Part shown: piece by piece, positions 27,310 through 40,268 of the stretch | How positions within the stretch are numbered: the first letter of the stretch is position 1 | Layout: each line of letters begins with the position of its first letter | Origin: Lama glama | Taxonomy: Eukaryota | Length of the DNA stretch: 64,000 nucleotides | NCBI GenBank assembly: GCA_028534125.1 | Contig: CM052816.1 | Location: 31,312,001-31,376,000 of the forward strand | Direction: 5' to 3' | Position numbers and translations under genes: made by a program | Notes under the pieces: generated by a model | Databases searched by the model: none | Seen by the model: the letters and a program-made list of their open reading frames with translations, nothing else | Told to the model about the DNA's origin: nothing

Positions 27310-27700
27310 AATTTATTTTTTCAACTTTACTGAGGTGTAGTTGACAGGTAAAATTGTAATATATTAAATATGATGATTTGTTAGATGTATACACTATGAA
27401 AGAATTCCCACCATTGAGCTAATAACATATCCATTATTTGCCTTTTCTTTGGGTGGGGGTGGGGTGGGGTGAGAACAACTAAGTTCTATGCACTTAACAA
27501 ATTTCAGTTATACAGTCCAGTATTATCAACTGTAGTCACCATGTTATGCAGTAGATCCCCACACCTTATTCATTTTACAACTGAAAGTTTGTATCCTTTT
27601 ACCAGTCTCTTCCTATTTCTCCCACCGCCAACCCCCTGGCAACCAGCATTCTCCTCTGTTTCTAGGAGTTCCTCTTAAAAAAAAAATTCCCTGTACAAGA
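27310..27700 (-). mobile_element. L1MA9/10-like 3' end
   Basis: gagaacaactaagttctatgcacttaacaaatttcagttatacagtccagtattatcaactgtagtcaccatg. Confidence 0.85.
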
Positions 27701-27870
27701 AGATTCACTTAATTTACTTGGGTAAATGGATTATTATGAAGTAAATATAACAGAGTCTAATTCATAGGTACATGATGGAAAGAATTTTCACATTCATTTC
27801 TTTCAGAAAAAAAAATCCCCATACAAATCATTAAAGGTGGTTTTAAAGCTGCATGAAAAGCTAGTTCTAT

Positions 27871-28327
27871 TTTTTTAATTAAAGTATAGTTGATGTGCAA
27901 TATTGTGTTAGTTTCAGGTGTACGGCAGTGACTCTGTTATGTATATGTGTATATTTGTATTTTTTTTCTGTTTCTTTTCCATTATAGTTTATTACAAGAT
28001 ATTGAATATAGTTCCCTGTGCTATACAGTAAATCCTTGATGTTTATGTATTTTATATATGGTAGTGTGCATCTGTTGGTCTTGTACTCCCAATTTACCTC
28101 TCCCCTCCCCTTTGGTAACCATAAGGTTGTTTTCTATATCTGTGAGTCTTTTCTATTTTATAAATAAGTTCATTTGTACCATTTTTAGATTCCACATGTA
28201 AGTGATATTATATAATATTTGTCTTTCTCTGCTTGACTTACTTCACTTAGTATGATAATCTCTAGGTCCATCCAGGTAGCTGCATATGGCATCATTTCAT
28301 TCTTTTTATGGCAGAGTAATATTCCAT

Positions 28328-28395
<68 letters not shown>

Positions 28396-29271
28396 TTACT
28401 CCATTCCATATTGGAATGTGGCATATATATATATATATATATATATATGCCACATCTTCTTTATCCATTTATATATTGATGGACACTTAGGTTGCTTCCA
28501 TGACTTGACTATCATAAATAGTGTCCCTATGAACAATGAAGTGCATGAATCTTTTTGAATTAGAGCTTTTGTCTTTTCCAGATATATGCCTAGGAGTGGG
28601 AATGCTGGATCATATGGCAACTCTCATTTTTAGTTTTTTAAGAAAGCTACATACTATTTTCCACAGTGGCTGCATCAATTTACATTCCCACCAACAGTAT
28701 AGGAGGGTTCCCAACCACATCCTTTCCAGCATTATTTGTAGACTTTTTGATGATGGTCATTCTGACCAGTGTGAGGTGTTACCTCATTGTAGTTTTTATG
28801 TGCATTTCTCTAATAATTAGTGATGTTGACCATCTTTTCATGTGTCTGTTGGCCACCTGTATATCTTCTTTGGAGAAATGTCTATTTGGGTCTGCTGCCT
28901 ATTTTTTTTTATTGCTTTTTTTTTAATTATGGAATTATGTGAACTGTTTGTATATTTGGAAATTAAGCCCTTGTCAGTCGCAACATTTTCTCCCAGTCCA
29001 TAGGTTGTCTTTTCATTTTGTTTATGATTTCCTTTACTGCGCAAATGCTTATAAGTTTAATTAGGTTCCACTTATTTATTTTTGCTTTTATTTCTATTGT
29101 CGTGGGAAACTGACCTAAGAAAGCATTGCTATAGTTTACGTGAGAGAATGTTTGCCGATGTTCTCTTTTAGGAGTTTTATGTTCTCATGTCTTATATTTA
29201 AGTCTTCAAGCTATTTTGAGTTTATTTTTGTGTATGGTGTGAGGGAGTGTTCTAAATTCATTGATTTACAT
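27871..29271 (-). mobile_element. 5'-truncated L1 (ORF2 C-terminus + 3' UTR)
   Basis: ORF 28396..28620 [12 protein letters not shown]...WKQPKCPS..WIKKMW; TSD ctagttcta(t/c)tt at 27861 and 29272. Confidence 0.95.
28329..28455. repeat. Compound (TG)n(TA)n microsatellite with a 40-bp perfect palindrome
   Basis: atgtggc(at)13gccacat at 28416-28455. Confidence 0.95.
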
Positions 29272-30599
29272 CTAGTTCTACTTATTTTGCTATGCTTTGT
29301 CTTTTTCCAAGATATAAACTTGTCTGCATATGTTAGTTCAGCCCTTTTTGCAAGACCCTCATCGAGTTCTTTTCCCATCTACAATATTTTAAGTCAAATT
29401 TTGAGTCTGACACATTCTTTCTTCACCCATACCAGATATTGGCAGGAATTTGCAGTGGTCCCAACTGGGGAAAAAAAAAAATCTGTTTTTAGTTCACAGG
29501 TTTCAGTTCTAGCCTGGGAAGGTCAAATCCAACTTTAATTTTTGAAACTTCAAAATCCAAGATGGTTGAAAACATGGAACTCTTTTACTTTATAAAGTAA
29601 TTTTCACATTTTTTTTAGAATAGTCATAAAATGATCTCTTTTTACTCCCTTTACCCTATCCTCACTTCACAAAATGTAGAGAAACTGATCAACAAAATCA
29701 TCGAAAGTTATTCCAAAGATTCAGGTGAACAGAGGTCCGAGGTAGGAGGTGGAATCCAGGAATGTCCTGGGTCTCAGCATGAGAGGGTTGTTTTGGAGTT
29801 ACAGCGCAAAGTCACACAGGGAAGAACTAAAACAGGAGTCAGGGTGTTGAAACCGAAGTCCCTGGCTAATCAGCTGAGTCCAGCTGGCCCCTGGGTTCCA
29901 GAGCACAGCCTGAGCTAATCCCCTCAAATAATAATAAGGATAATAATAATAATAAGGATAATAAATGTAAAAATCACCGTTGTAGCATAGCATAGCTACT
30001 TATGCTAGGCACTACATGCATATTCATGTATTACTTCACCCCATTGCACAATAACCTTGTGAGGGTGTGTTTTATCCTCCTTTTACAGATAAGGACAAGC
30101 TACAAAATCTCAGACTTCTGAGGAGGATCAAGTTCTGATTGACTCCAAATATCGTGCTCTACTCACCCTGCGCCCCCACCCCAACCCCGCCTCTCCAGCA
30201 GGCTTTTCTCACAGTCTCCAGGCTAGATAAGCGTCCTGGCTTCAGGCTGAGCTGTTCAGATGCTGAGAGCCAGGAAACTGAGCCCTCTTGCATAAAACTG
30301 AGACTGTCCAAATTCTCCTGGCAAATGGCCCTCATTTTAGAAGTTCTTACTTACATTTCCAGTCCACTGGAAGTTTTAAAATTTCTCCTACCCATTAGAA
30401 AACAGATTATTTTTCTACTGTTACATAAAAACATGATACTAAAAGGTTCCATTGCCTTTCTACTCATCCTCGTGTTTTTCTTCCTCACTCTCTAAAGGGG
30501 AGTTTTAGGATGCGAGGACTTCCCTTACCTCACACCCTCACCCAATTCCTCTTGGCTGAGATCCTTTGGTATTTTTAATTCTAAACTACTTTTAGATTT

Positions 30600-31400
30600 T
30601 TCATGTGCCATATGCGTTTTCAATTTCTTCAATTTTGAGACTCTGACACTTACATTCCAAATTTGCAGCCTCTCTGCCTCTATTTATTTAAAATAGAACA
30701 ATATGTGTGTCCAGGTTCATTGCTTGTCACGCTCCAATCTTCTCTTGAGCTTCCCTTTGCTTGAAATGTTCTTTCTTAGTATTTTTCTCAGCTGGGATAC
30801 ATAACCTAAATCATCCCATGATCATCAATAAGTTTCTTTTTACCCTGGGAGGTGAATGGCATCTTGGCTGAGAGTAGACTTTTTAGACTGCATTCCTTTC
30901 TTTCCACGCCCTGTAGATATCATTCTACCCTCTCCTGGCTCCCACTGTGGCTGAGAAGTAGTCTGGTCCCAAGATGATACTTTGTCTTTTGTCCAGAACC
31001 ATGTAAGATTTTTCTCTTTATCCTTGCAATTTAGAAAACTCACCAGGATGTATCTGGGAGTAAACATATTATTTATTTTTCACATCCTGCCTGGAACTCA
31101 GTAAACCTTTTTAAGGTGATGACTTCAGTCTTTATTTAAACCACAACTCTTGTTCTTTGTTTTGAGTTATTTCTTCAGCTTGATTATCATGCCATTAATT
31201 GGGTTCTCAATTGCATCTTTTCTCTTTCTATTTTTTCACTGAATTATTTAGTTTCAAAACAATGCTTTTGGGTCCAGAAAGTCCTTTTTATGCTATAATA
31301 GAATCTCTTTGAGTATTGTTTGTTTGTTTATTATTAAAATTGTCTTCTTTCTCCTCTAGCAGTTACTATAAATAGGAGCTAACCCAATTCTGGGCATTCT
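30600..31400 (-). mobile_element. L1/HAL1 ORF1 fragment
   Basis: ORF 30840..31067 TPRYILVSFLNCKDKEKNL resembles the L1 ORF1p motif TPRHILVKF...KDKEKIL. Confidence 0.75.
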
Positions 31401-31809
31401 TGTTGCTCTTTATCCTTTTTTGGCTGCTGGGTTGCTTAAGACAATTTGTCTATTCTTGGCCCTCTCTTTGGCACCTAAGGTTTAGTTCAGCTATGGAGGT
31501 GTATTAAGCAGAGTGATGCTGCAGATGCGGTGGTCTTGGCTGCCGTGGGCCTGCGATGGAGAAGCACACCAATTGTGACTCCTTCCTTGGTCAAGGACCA
31601 GAGAGTAGCTTCCTGCTCTCATTCTTCTCACCGGTAAAAGCTGGTGTTCCTCAGGGAAGGAGGAGGGTGTGCTCCTGTTCAGTTGCCCTGGGGTGTCCAT
31701 CAGTTTCCCTTGGGTAGAGATCTGCAGATCTCCTCAAGGCATGCTCTCCCCAAGTTTCAATCCTCATCCCAGGATTCTTCCTCCATATTTCTCAGACTCT
31801 GGTCTGATT

Positions 31810-32395
31810 TGCAACAAGATTACCAAGACTATTCAATGGGAAAAGAATAGTCTTCTCAACAAATGGTGCTGGGAACTGGGCAATATGCAAAAAAAAAAGA
31901 AAGAAATAAATCAAATGCTTACTTCACACAACATACAAAAAGTAACAGAAAATGGATCAAAGACCTAGGTTTCAGAGCTGAAACTATAAGATTCTTAGAA
32001 GAAGCATGGGGTAAATCTGTAGTACCTTGGATTTGGCAATGGATTCTTAGCTATGACACCGAAAGCACAAGCAACAAATGAAAAAACTACCCAAATCGAA
32101 TTTAATCAAAGTATCCAGAAACAACAAATCTATAGAGACAGAAAGTAGATTAGTGGTGCTTTGGACTGGGTGGCAGGAAGGGGAGGTGAAGTGAAGAGGA
32201 AGGATGAGACCCAAAAGCAAATAGATAAAGGGTACAAGTTTCTTCTCGAGGTGGTGAAAATGCTCTAAAATTGACTGCAATCTTGGTTGCACACAGATGT
32301 GTATCTGTGAATATAGTAAAAAACCATTGAACTGTAGACTTTAGTTGGGTAGATTATATACTATGTTAATTATCTCTCATTAAAGCTGAATAAAA
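31810..32395 (+). mobile_element. L1MB-type fragment: ORF2 piece joined to 3' UTR
   Basis: ORF 31669..31968 KTIQWEKNSLLNKWCWE; then aaatctatagagacagaaagtagattagtggt. Confidence 0.85.
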
Positions 32396-32627
32396 TATGC
32401 TATGAAAATATGAAAAGAGAAATAATATTGCTAATAACACCAGATCAGAACAAAGATGAAAATAACCCCAAGTCATGCAATAAAGAGGTAAGCAATGTTC
32501 CCAAGCCTTATTACATGGGAAAAATTATAATATACACATCGGTATACAAAGTGCTGTAATTTGTTATAAACTATAAATATAACATGTAAAAATAAAACTC
32601 CATTAAAACTTAAATTTGAATTAAATA

Positions 32628-32790
32628 TAGGGTTGCAGATTTAGTAAACAAAACAGGATGCCTAGTTAAATTTGATTTATTTTTAATTGCCTTGGCGTAT
32701 ATACATTTCAATAAATGAGAAATACTGTATGGGACATACTTTACTGTAAAAGTATTGGTATTTATCTGAAATAAATTATAATCTTCTGAA
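32628..32790. mobile_element. MER53 hAT MITE
   Basis: tagggttgcagatttag...aggatgcctagttaaatttga...atgggacatact...tttatctgaaat. Confidence 0.8.
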
Positions 32791-34519
32791 TTACATACCG
32801 CTTCCTTTAATTTTATTCCTCTGATGACTTGGCTCTCCTTAACTTTCTTGTTTCATAGACTTGGTTTGTGAAGTTCTTCGTGCTTACAGTCTATTTCCTA
32901 TTTATATTGTAACATATCATCTACAGTGGTCACATTCAACTTCTTTCTTTTGTCAATTTAACATTGATCAATAAGAATGTATACTTAATATTAGCATTAT
33001 AAGCCAGTATACTAAACATACACTGGCATAAAGTTAAATTCTGATCATTGGTCTTCAAATGTTATTTGTTGAAGCACATACCGTCTTTCATGGTGTAACT
33101 TGCTTTTCTATTCTTGAAGGCTATGTTGCATCTCTTGATCAATAATTTTTTAAAATGTTGTCCACTGATATGAAAGAGTATTGTTATCCATTTTTATCTC
33201 CTTCTTCTTCAACAATACACCTGATTTCACTTGTTCCCATGCTGGAAGAATATTTAGTAACATCCGGTAAAAGAATCAAATTCTTCACAATTTCAAAGCC
33301 CAGTTGTAATCGTTGTCCATATCATTGTCCACTTTAAGTCAGAATTTCTTTCCTGTTCAAAAGTACTATTACCTCTTTTAAGAACAACCCTGATAATGAA
33401 AGAGATAAATTTTTCATCATTTTTTTCTTTAAGCAATGGTGTACTTCAAAAATGTTTGCGCTTCTTTCAATTTGCATAATCCTCTTGCTAAACTGATTAA
33501 AAGTTATGAACAAAAAATAAGTAGCCTTCACTGAACAGCTTAGTAAAAACTCAACAAGAATTTTAGAATTATCTCCTTCATAATTAAACTATGATTTCAT
33601 ACTTTAAGTGGTAAACCAAGAACTACTTCAAATGTATTTGTTAAAGAGAGCCAGTAGATATTTTGAGAGAATTGAATAATGCCAACAAAATCACAAACTT
33701 TTTAAACTGTTCAATACAAACAGCATAATGTTGTTAGTAAGTATAGGTGCTAAAGTAAGAGAATCATTTCATCACATAGAAAGAATGTCACATGCTATTC
33801 AAGCAGCATTATGCAGAGTATGGGTAGGACAACCAACATACTCTATGGAATCTCATGCTTTGCTTCAAATTTGAATAAATTTTTTCTGTACCTTTACACA
33901 AATGTCTGCATCATCTACATCAAAAGCAGTAAAATTGACTCCTAGCTCTGTAAGAGAGTCCTTGCTAAAATTTGCTGTTTCTAAAGTCTCAATCTGGAAG
34001 AAATTTTACTCACAAATGTCCTTGTAAGTACGCCTTTTTACTAGAAAAATATTGCAGAAGCAAAAGGACTTTTTTTTCTTATTGCAATTATTTGTGGCTA
34101 TGCTGCAAAAAAAAGTGAGGAAGCATTTAGATTGTTGATAATCCTGCAGCTATAACCGTTTTTATGATGATTGTAGAGTTTGTCTTGGCACTTGAGTATT
34201 TGCTTGCAGTTTTGGAATCAGAAAATCCTTCTGGTAGCAGTAAATTTAAACATTTGAGCTGAAAGATAGATGATATAGACTGTACAGGTCATTATAACTT
34301 CTGCTTTGATTATTTTACCTCCATCTGAATTCCTCTCAATTAAAAATATTTATTATTTTATCATTTTCTTTGGTACTAGTTGAAGAAATCATACATCTCT
34401 TATGCTCAGCTATTATTATATGCTGGTTTATATCTGACAATTTTTATATTACACAAAGGCTTCAAAAGGACTTTTTTTCTCTCTTAGTAAGTATACACTG
34501 TTCAGAAGCTCATCACAAG

Positions 34520-34661
34520 GGGGTAGTGTGTAGCTCAGTGGTGGAGTATGGATTTAGCATGCACAAGGTCCTGGATTCAATCCCCAGTAGCTCCATTAAA
34601 ATAAATAAATGAATAAATGGAACTACTTCCCCCCAATCCCCCCAAAACACACAAAAAAACA
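34520..34661 (+). mobile_element. tRNA-derived SINE (camelid Vic-1 type)
   Basis: A box tagctcagtgg, B box ggattcaatccc, A-rich tail; TSD agaa(g/a)(c/t)tcatcacaag at 34504 and 34662. Confidence 0.88.
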
Positions 34662-34856
34662 AGAAATTCATCACAAGATTTACTGTTATGTTTTGGCATT
34701 TGAAATTTCCAATATACACAAATAAAAAATTATCGATTTGCTACTATCAATCACTGCAAAATATGAGACACTTTCATTTAATAATCTTACATCTATCTCA
34801 ATGCCATTGATCACTCACAAACCTGAAATTATAAAGAAATATAAACAGGGTTTCAA

Positions 34857-35580
34857 TGTTGCAAGCGAACAATAAAACTCAGTATCTAATGCAAATAAAC
34901 TCTGTTTGCCTGCAAGGGTGAGCTGCACTCATAAGATAGTTTCCAGGAGAAAAACCAAAGTTGATCTTACCTAAGGTTTTGAGAAGTTTGACATTCAGGG
35001 ACGAGCGGACTTTCAAAACCAAGAGTTTACAGAGGTGGAAGGACTTTTAGCTGCACTGGTGTGGTCACTGGAGGAAAGCTGCTGTTGGTTGGCTGACCGT
35101 GACCTCCAGGAGCATGGCTGCTGGAGTGAGGCACTTGCTGATCCGTGTTATATAGAAGCATGGGCTGTCACAGCGTGCTGACTTTCAAAACTGGGGTTTA
35201 TCACTGATTGGCTGGCATTCAGAGGCTCAGGTTGTCATTGATTTGCTTGCTTTTAGAAGCTTGGAGTGAGGCTGTTGATTGGTCAGTTTCCAGAAATAGG
35301 ACCCTGAGAGTGAGGCTATAGCTGTTTGGCTGATACTCAGAGCATATATACTGGTATCAAGTATAGCAGTGGTTATATATCAAGTATAACTTGTTCAAAA
35401 GCTGGCATTTTTGTCTTTTCTTTTCTTGAATATGAAAAACATGTTTAATTCTCAGTTTCCCCTTTTGGTCTCCCCTCAGCCAAACCTGCAGGAGAGATAA
35501 TAAGAGATTATCCACATGGTTGTTTGCAGAGGTATGGTTTCAGCTGGTATTGCCATTTAAGTGACTTGAGCACCAATCAT
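34857..35580 (-). mobile_element. ERV 3' LTR plus polypurine tract and short internal stub
   Basis: Minus strand ...ccaaaagggggaaac|tgag... at ~35451-35470; multiple gattgg (CCAAT) boxes; end ...ttgcaaca at 34857. Confidence 0.55.
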
Positions 35581-36337
35581 TGTGGCAGAAAAAATAGCTC
35601 TAACTGAAGAATTTTTGTAATTTCTTGAAAAAAGCTGAATATAGTGCATTTAATGTGTCCTGACAGAGTCTATACAGGATACAGGACATGATTAAATACG
35701 GAGTATGTCCCATATATACTGGATGCCTGATAACCCTGTTTAAATATAATATTCTAGTTAAAACATTGAACATTTTATGGAACAATAAAAAGATTCACTT
35801 TCTAAAATTTAAAAAAAATAAGATAATTTTAATGACCTGGTTATCTTTAAAAATGTCAAATTAAATTGAGCTTATGCCCTTTTCTCCCTCTCTCATTTAG
35901 TCTCCCCAAACTATACTGAGGAAGATGTGGCTTCCACAGCTATGAATTCTTTCACTGGTTGATGGTGTTAGCAAACCCAGAAAACATCATCAACGGAAGT
36001 TATCCTGGAAAATGTTTCAGAGCAAATGGAAAGTCTCTAGCTGATTCCGGGAAAAGTGAATTTCAACTTTTCCCAGTGGAAGTTTTTACTAATCTCATAG
36101 CTAATTAAATATGAATTAGTATTGCAGCTTCAATATATGTGAATTTTTTGGTCCCTGTTCAGGATGCCCATGGCACTGAGTGCATCCCTTAAGACATCAT
36201 TGTTGCCTTGTTGTTTTGGAATACTCTATTTACGTCTTCAACTCTTCTCCTAGACTGTTTGCTCCCTGAAAGCAGGAACCCTTCACTCATTCATTCCTTC
36301 ATTTACTTATGCATTCATCCAGTAAATATTTATTGCT

Positions 36338-36730
36338 TGTGGTGATGGTTAGTTTTATGTGTCAACTTGGCTGGGCTATAGAATCCAGCTATTCAATCAA
36401 AAATGAATCTAGGTGCTGCTGTGAAGGTATTTTGTAAATGTGATTAACATATACAATCGGATGACCTTAAATCAGGGGGATTATCTTTAATAATCTGGTT
36501 AGATCTCATCCAATCAGTTCAAAGACCTCTAGAGCAAAACCGAGGTTTCCTTGAGGAAAAAAAATTCTGATTGTGGGCTGCAGCTTCAGCACATCTGACC
36601 AAGAATTTCCAGTCTGCCTTCCTACCAGATTTCAGAGTTGCCTCAGCAGCCCTCATAACACATAAGCCAATTCCTTGCAATAAATCTCATACATATATAT
36701 GATTTATAATCTACTGATTCTGTTCTCTCG
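36338..36730 (+). mobile_element. MLT2 (ERVL) LTR inserted in an L2
   Basis: tgtggtgatggttagttttatgtgtcaacttggctgggcta...ccaattccttgcaataaatctc. Confidence 0.9.
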
Positions 36731-36739
36731 TCCACTAGG

Positions 36740-37600
36740 TGATGGGCACTAAATATTCAATGATAAACAAAATAAAGATGGAAGGTACAATTTAGTATTG
36801 GCAGAAACAATAAATAGACAAGTTATATGTATATTTGCAAGTTATTGTGTATACTAAGAAGGAGAATAAATAGGTATTCCTGAGAGGAAATTGTAGGAGG
36901 GAACTAATTTAAATTGAGTGATCAAAGATGTCCTCTCAAGGAAGGTGACATATGCTGTGAGGTGTGAGAAAGCATCAGTCTTGGAAAATGTAAAGAAGAG
37001 AGCCCCAGGTAGAGGGAACAGTATGTGCAAAGGCCCTGGGAGCAAATGAGTGCTTGGCTTGTTTCTGAAGTTGCTAGAAGACAGAAATATTATAACTGTC
37101 CTGATCTCTCATTTGAGATTCTGACACTATACTAATTACCTATTTGATGTACACACATTTATTTGCATAATTGGTTTTTTGCCTGGTGTCCCCATTACTA
37201 AAGTGAAAATGCCATGAAGGCAGGGATTTTGTCTTTTTTTCCCCCCTGCTTTATCTTCAGGAACTGAAAAATACCTAGTACTTAGCAGGTACTCATAAAT
37301 ATTGAATGAATGAATGAATGAATGAAAGGTTATTAACAAGTGCAGGTGTCCAGGCAAAAGATGATGGTGGCTTTGTAAAGGGGAGGAGAAGGGGTCAGAG
37401 AAGGGCCTACAGATCTGAGGGGTCTTTTGGAGTTACAGTCAAAACACTGGTTGATAGATGTGAAGTGGGGTATAAAGGAAAAGAAGTCACGTGGCTCACA
37501 GATTTCCAACCTGAACAAATAGGTAGATGGTTGTGCCGGTGGCAGAAATGGGAGAGCCTTTTGGGTAAATATTTTGATATTGATATACAAGCTTTGTAAG
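36740..37600. mobile_element. L2 fragments in both orientations
   Basis: agagggaacagtatgtgcaaaggccctg (antisense L2); sense 3' end ...aataaatattgaatgaatgaatgaatgaa at ~37300-37326. Confidence 0.8.
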
Positions 37601-38094
37601 TATTTGATAAATGAACTCATGAAATGGTGAATTTAACTGCCATTACTGTTTAGAAAAGGCATCTGCTTAATGTTCACAGATCTTCAAGTCCTCATTTTAA
37701 AATGTTTACATATTCTTGAAAATGTTTTTTGTTTTATTGATACCTTTAGCTCCTTCTAGAAAAAAACAATTTTTTTTGTTGTTCTTTACTTTCATGGCAT
37801 AAAGGAAATATCCTACTAGTAGGTTGAAGAACTGTGTTTGCTTGACTTTAACGGACTTTTAGCTATAGTGAAATCCAATGGACAGGAAATTCTATATGCC
37901 ACAACCTACCAAGAATACACATTCTTGGTGCAATAACCACAGAATGGGCCATGTATGTTGCAAGAAATGGGTCTCCCTTTTCTTGGTAGCTCCCTTTGTT
38001 TTAGGTATTATTTTTCATTTCAAATTTTAAAATTTCATCTCACTGAAATGTATTTCAGTTTTGCAAAATATCTAAACTATTCTTTTTCTCTAGA

Positions 38095-38302
38095 ACAATT
38101 TTTCTCAAACCATCCACCATGGATTAGTATTACCTGGGAGCAGAGGAATGAGAGTGGGACTTGTTAAAAAGTGCACATTCCTATATCCCAGCTGAAACTT
38201 AGTGCATCAGCAACTTTGGGGGTGGAAGCCCAGAATCGATATTTTAAATATGTCTCCTAAGTGATTCTTAAGCATATGCACCACAAGTTGAGGACCACTG
38301 TT
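38095..38302. mobile_element. MER5-family MITE
   Basis: ttctcaaacc...attacctgggag...aagttgaggaccactg. Confidence 0.7.
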
Positions 38303-38409
38303 ATAGGAATATGGAAATACAAACATTTTTAGAATAAAAACTCAAAACATAGTTTAATTGCCTTTCCTTGTTTGTTTTTTCAATATAAGTTTATGGCTCT
38401 TGAAACAAG

Positions 38410-38934
38410 CAGTTTTTGAAGTGTGGTCCAGGAGGCCTCTGGGATCACCAAGACCTTTTCATGGAATCTACAGATCAAAATGACTTTTGTAATAATACCA
38501 AGATGTTATTTGACTTTTTCATACTCATTTTCTCATGGATGTGCAGTGGAGTTTTCCAGAGGCTAAATGGTGAGTGGTATCACCACAAACTGAATGCAGA
38601 AGCAGAGAGAAGGTTCTAGACTTCTTCTGTTAAGCTAGCTAGACATTAAAGAGATTCTCAAAAAATGTAAAACCCTGCCACACTTCTCATGATATATTTT
38701 TATTTTGAAAAAATAATTATTTTTCATAAAAATGTTATTTAGGTTTACATGTAATGTGCCTCTTATTGTTACGTTAGAATAAATTAATAATAAGTATTTT
38801 TAAAATTACTTAGCTTTAATTTCTAGTATAGTAAGTATCAGTAGATATAATTTCCATGAACAAAAGCTGGTTGGGGTGTTCAGTAATTTTTAAGACAGTA
38901 AAGTTGTCCTGAGCCAAAAAGTTTGAGAACTGTT
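38410..38934 (+). mobile_element. MER119 hAT-Charlie element
   Basis: aagtgtggtcc...cagtggagttttccagaggcta...gaatgcagaagcag...aaagtttgagaactg. Confidence 0.85.
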
Positions 38935-39672
38935 GTCCCAAACTTATTTTTCCTCTATAAAAGCATCCTAGGGGATCTCAATGGGAACTCTTTCCTGGTC
39001 CTTGACCTGCTGTGGGTTCTGAATCCCTGTGATTTACCACCAACCAATTCCTTGACCAGGTGAACAAATATTCTGTGGAGACTTGGGTGAAGCCCTTTCT
39101 CTATTTAAGAGTAAATAGTGATGGTTTCCATGAAGACTAAATGAAAAACTAGAAAAACAACCTCTCAGAATTCCATCCAAGTAGCCAAGTCTAGTCAAAT
39201 GCTGAAAGAGGAACAGATGGGGCATTATTAAAACAAAGATGTTTTAGGCATGCATAATATGACACAGTAAAAACAGCATTGTCCTTGAAGCAAGCATTCT
39301 GGAGAGTTAAGATTTCTATTTCTTGCCCTCTGTTTGCTCTTGGGGAGATCAAACCTCTCTGGGCCGCAGTTTTCTCATCTGGGGTTTATACTGGAAACTA
39401 ACATTCATTCATTCATTCATCCATACATTTATTCATTCTTTCTTTTATTCAACAATTATTTATGAAGCATCTCCTTAGCTCCAGACACATTAAGTACTGG
39501 AGATATAGAAGTAGATGATCTAATGTCTGACTTTGAGAAATTTATAGGCTATGAGGAAGATAAATTATTTACGTTATTTAAATTACTCTGACTAAAATAG
39601 CTCTCCATGTCCACAACTTTTTATCCCTTTACCCTACTAAGTATTTCTTCATAGCACTTTTCACATTATATG

Positions 39673-39686
39673 TTATATATATATAT

Positions 39687-39731
<45 letters not shown>

Positions 39732-39754
39732 TATACACACACACACGTATATAT
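39673..39754. repeat. Compound (TA)n/(CA)n microsatellite within an L2
   Basis: Direct reading. Confidence 0.9.
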
Positions 39755-40268
39755 TTGGGGATGGTTACCTATTTCTATGCTTCTCCCTAAAATATAAGTT
39801 CCAGGAGGACAGCCACTTAGTTTTGTTGACTAATGCTTTCCTGACACGTGGTTGACATTCAGTAACTCTCTGTTGAAAGAATGAAAGAAAAGGGGGATAA
39901 AAAAGAAGATAAATACATACATGGGAAAAAGAAAGAAAAAGAGAAAAAGAGAACGCACAGGAAAACAAATTAATATTGAGAAAAGAAGGATGAGATCAAG
40001 TTAGGTGAAGTATTGGAGAGACAGGAGCATTCCAGGCAAGGGAAGGGCATGAACAAAGGCTGAAAATGTGGAGTAACATGAAACTATAAGTCATTCAGCA
40101 CAGAGATTGGAGGGATGCCAGGAGGTGGGTAGCTCTCACATTCTATGAATCTCTGAAGGAATCAGCAAGTTTGTGTCAGTCTTCCACTTCACGACCTGGC
40201 CAATGTGGACTAATCTGTGAACTGGATTGATACCTATATGGTTTCAATGTGGGAATATTTTTAGCCAT

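Larger units (their letters stand above)
32400..35737 (-). mobile_element. Degenerate autonomous hAT (Blackjack-like) DNA transposon with transposase remnant, interrupted by MER53, a SINE and an ERV LTR
   Basis: Minus-strand FTAFDVDDAD (~33905-33935), VGCPTHTLHNAA (CxxH, ~33805-33840), LCQCMFSILAYNANIKYTFLLINVKLTKER (dimerization domain, ~32945-33035); terminal cagggttatcagg at 35737. Confidence 0.75.

Noticed and set aside
28185..29044. ORFs with protein-like content (WKQPKCPS, ATDKGLISK)
   Set aside because: Fragments of L1 ORF2, not host genes.
34520..34595. tRNA-like A/B box sequences (also the four other copies)
   Set aside because: A-rich tails and TSDs show they are SINEs, not tRNA genes.
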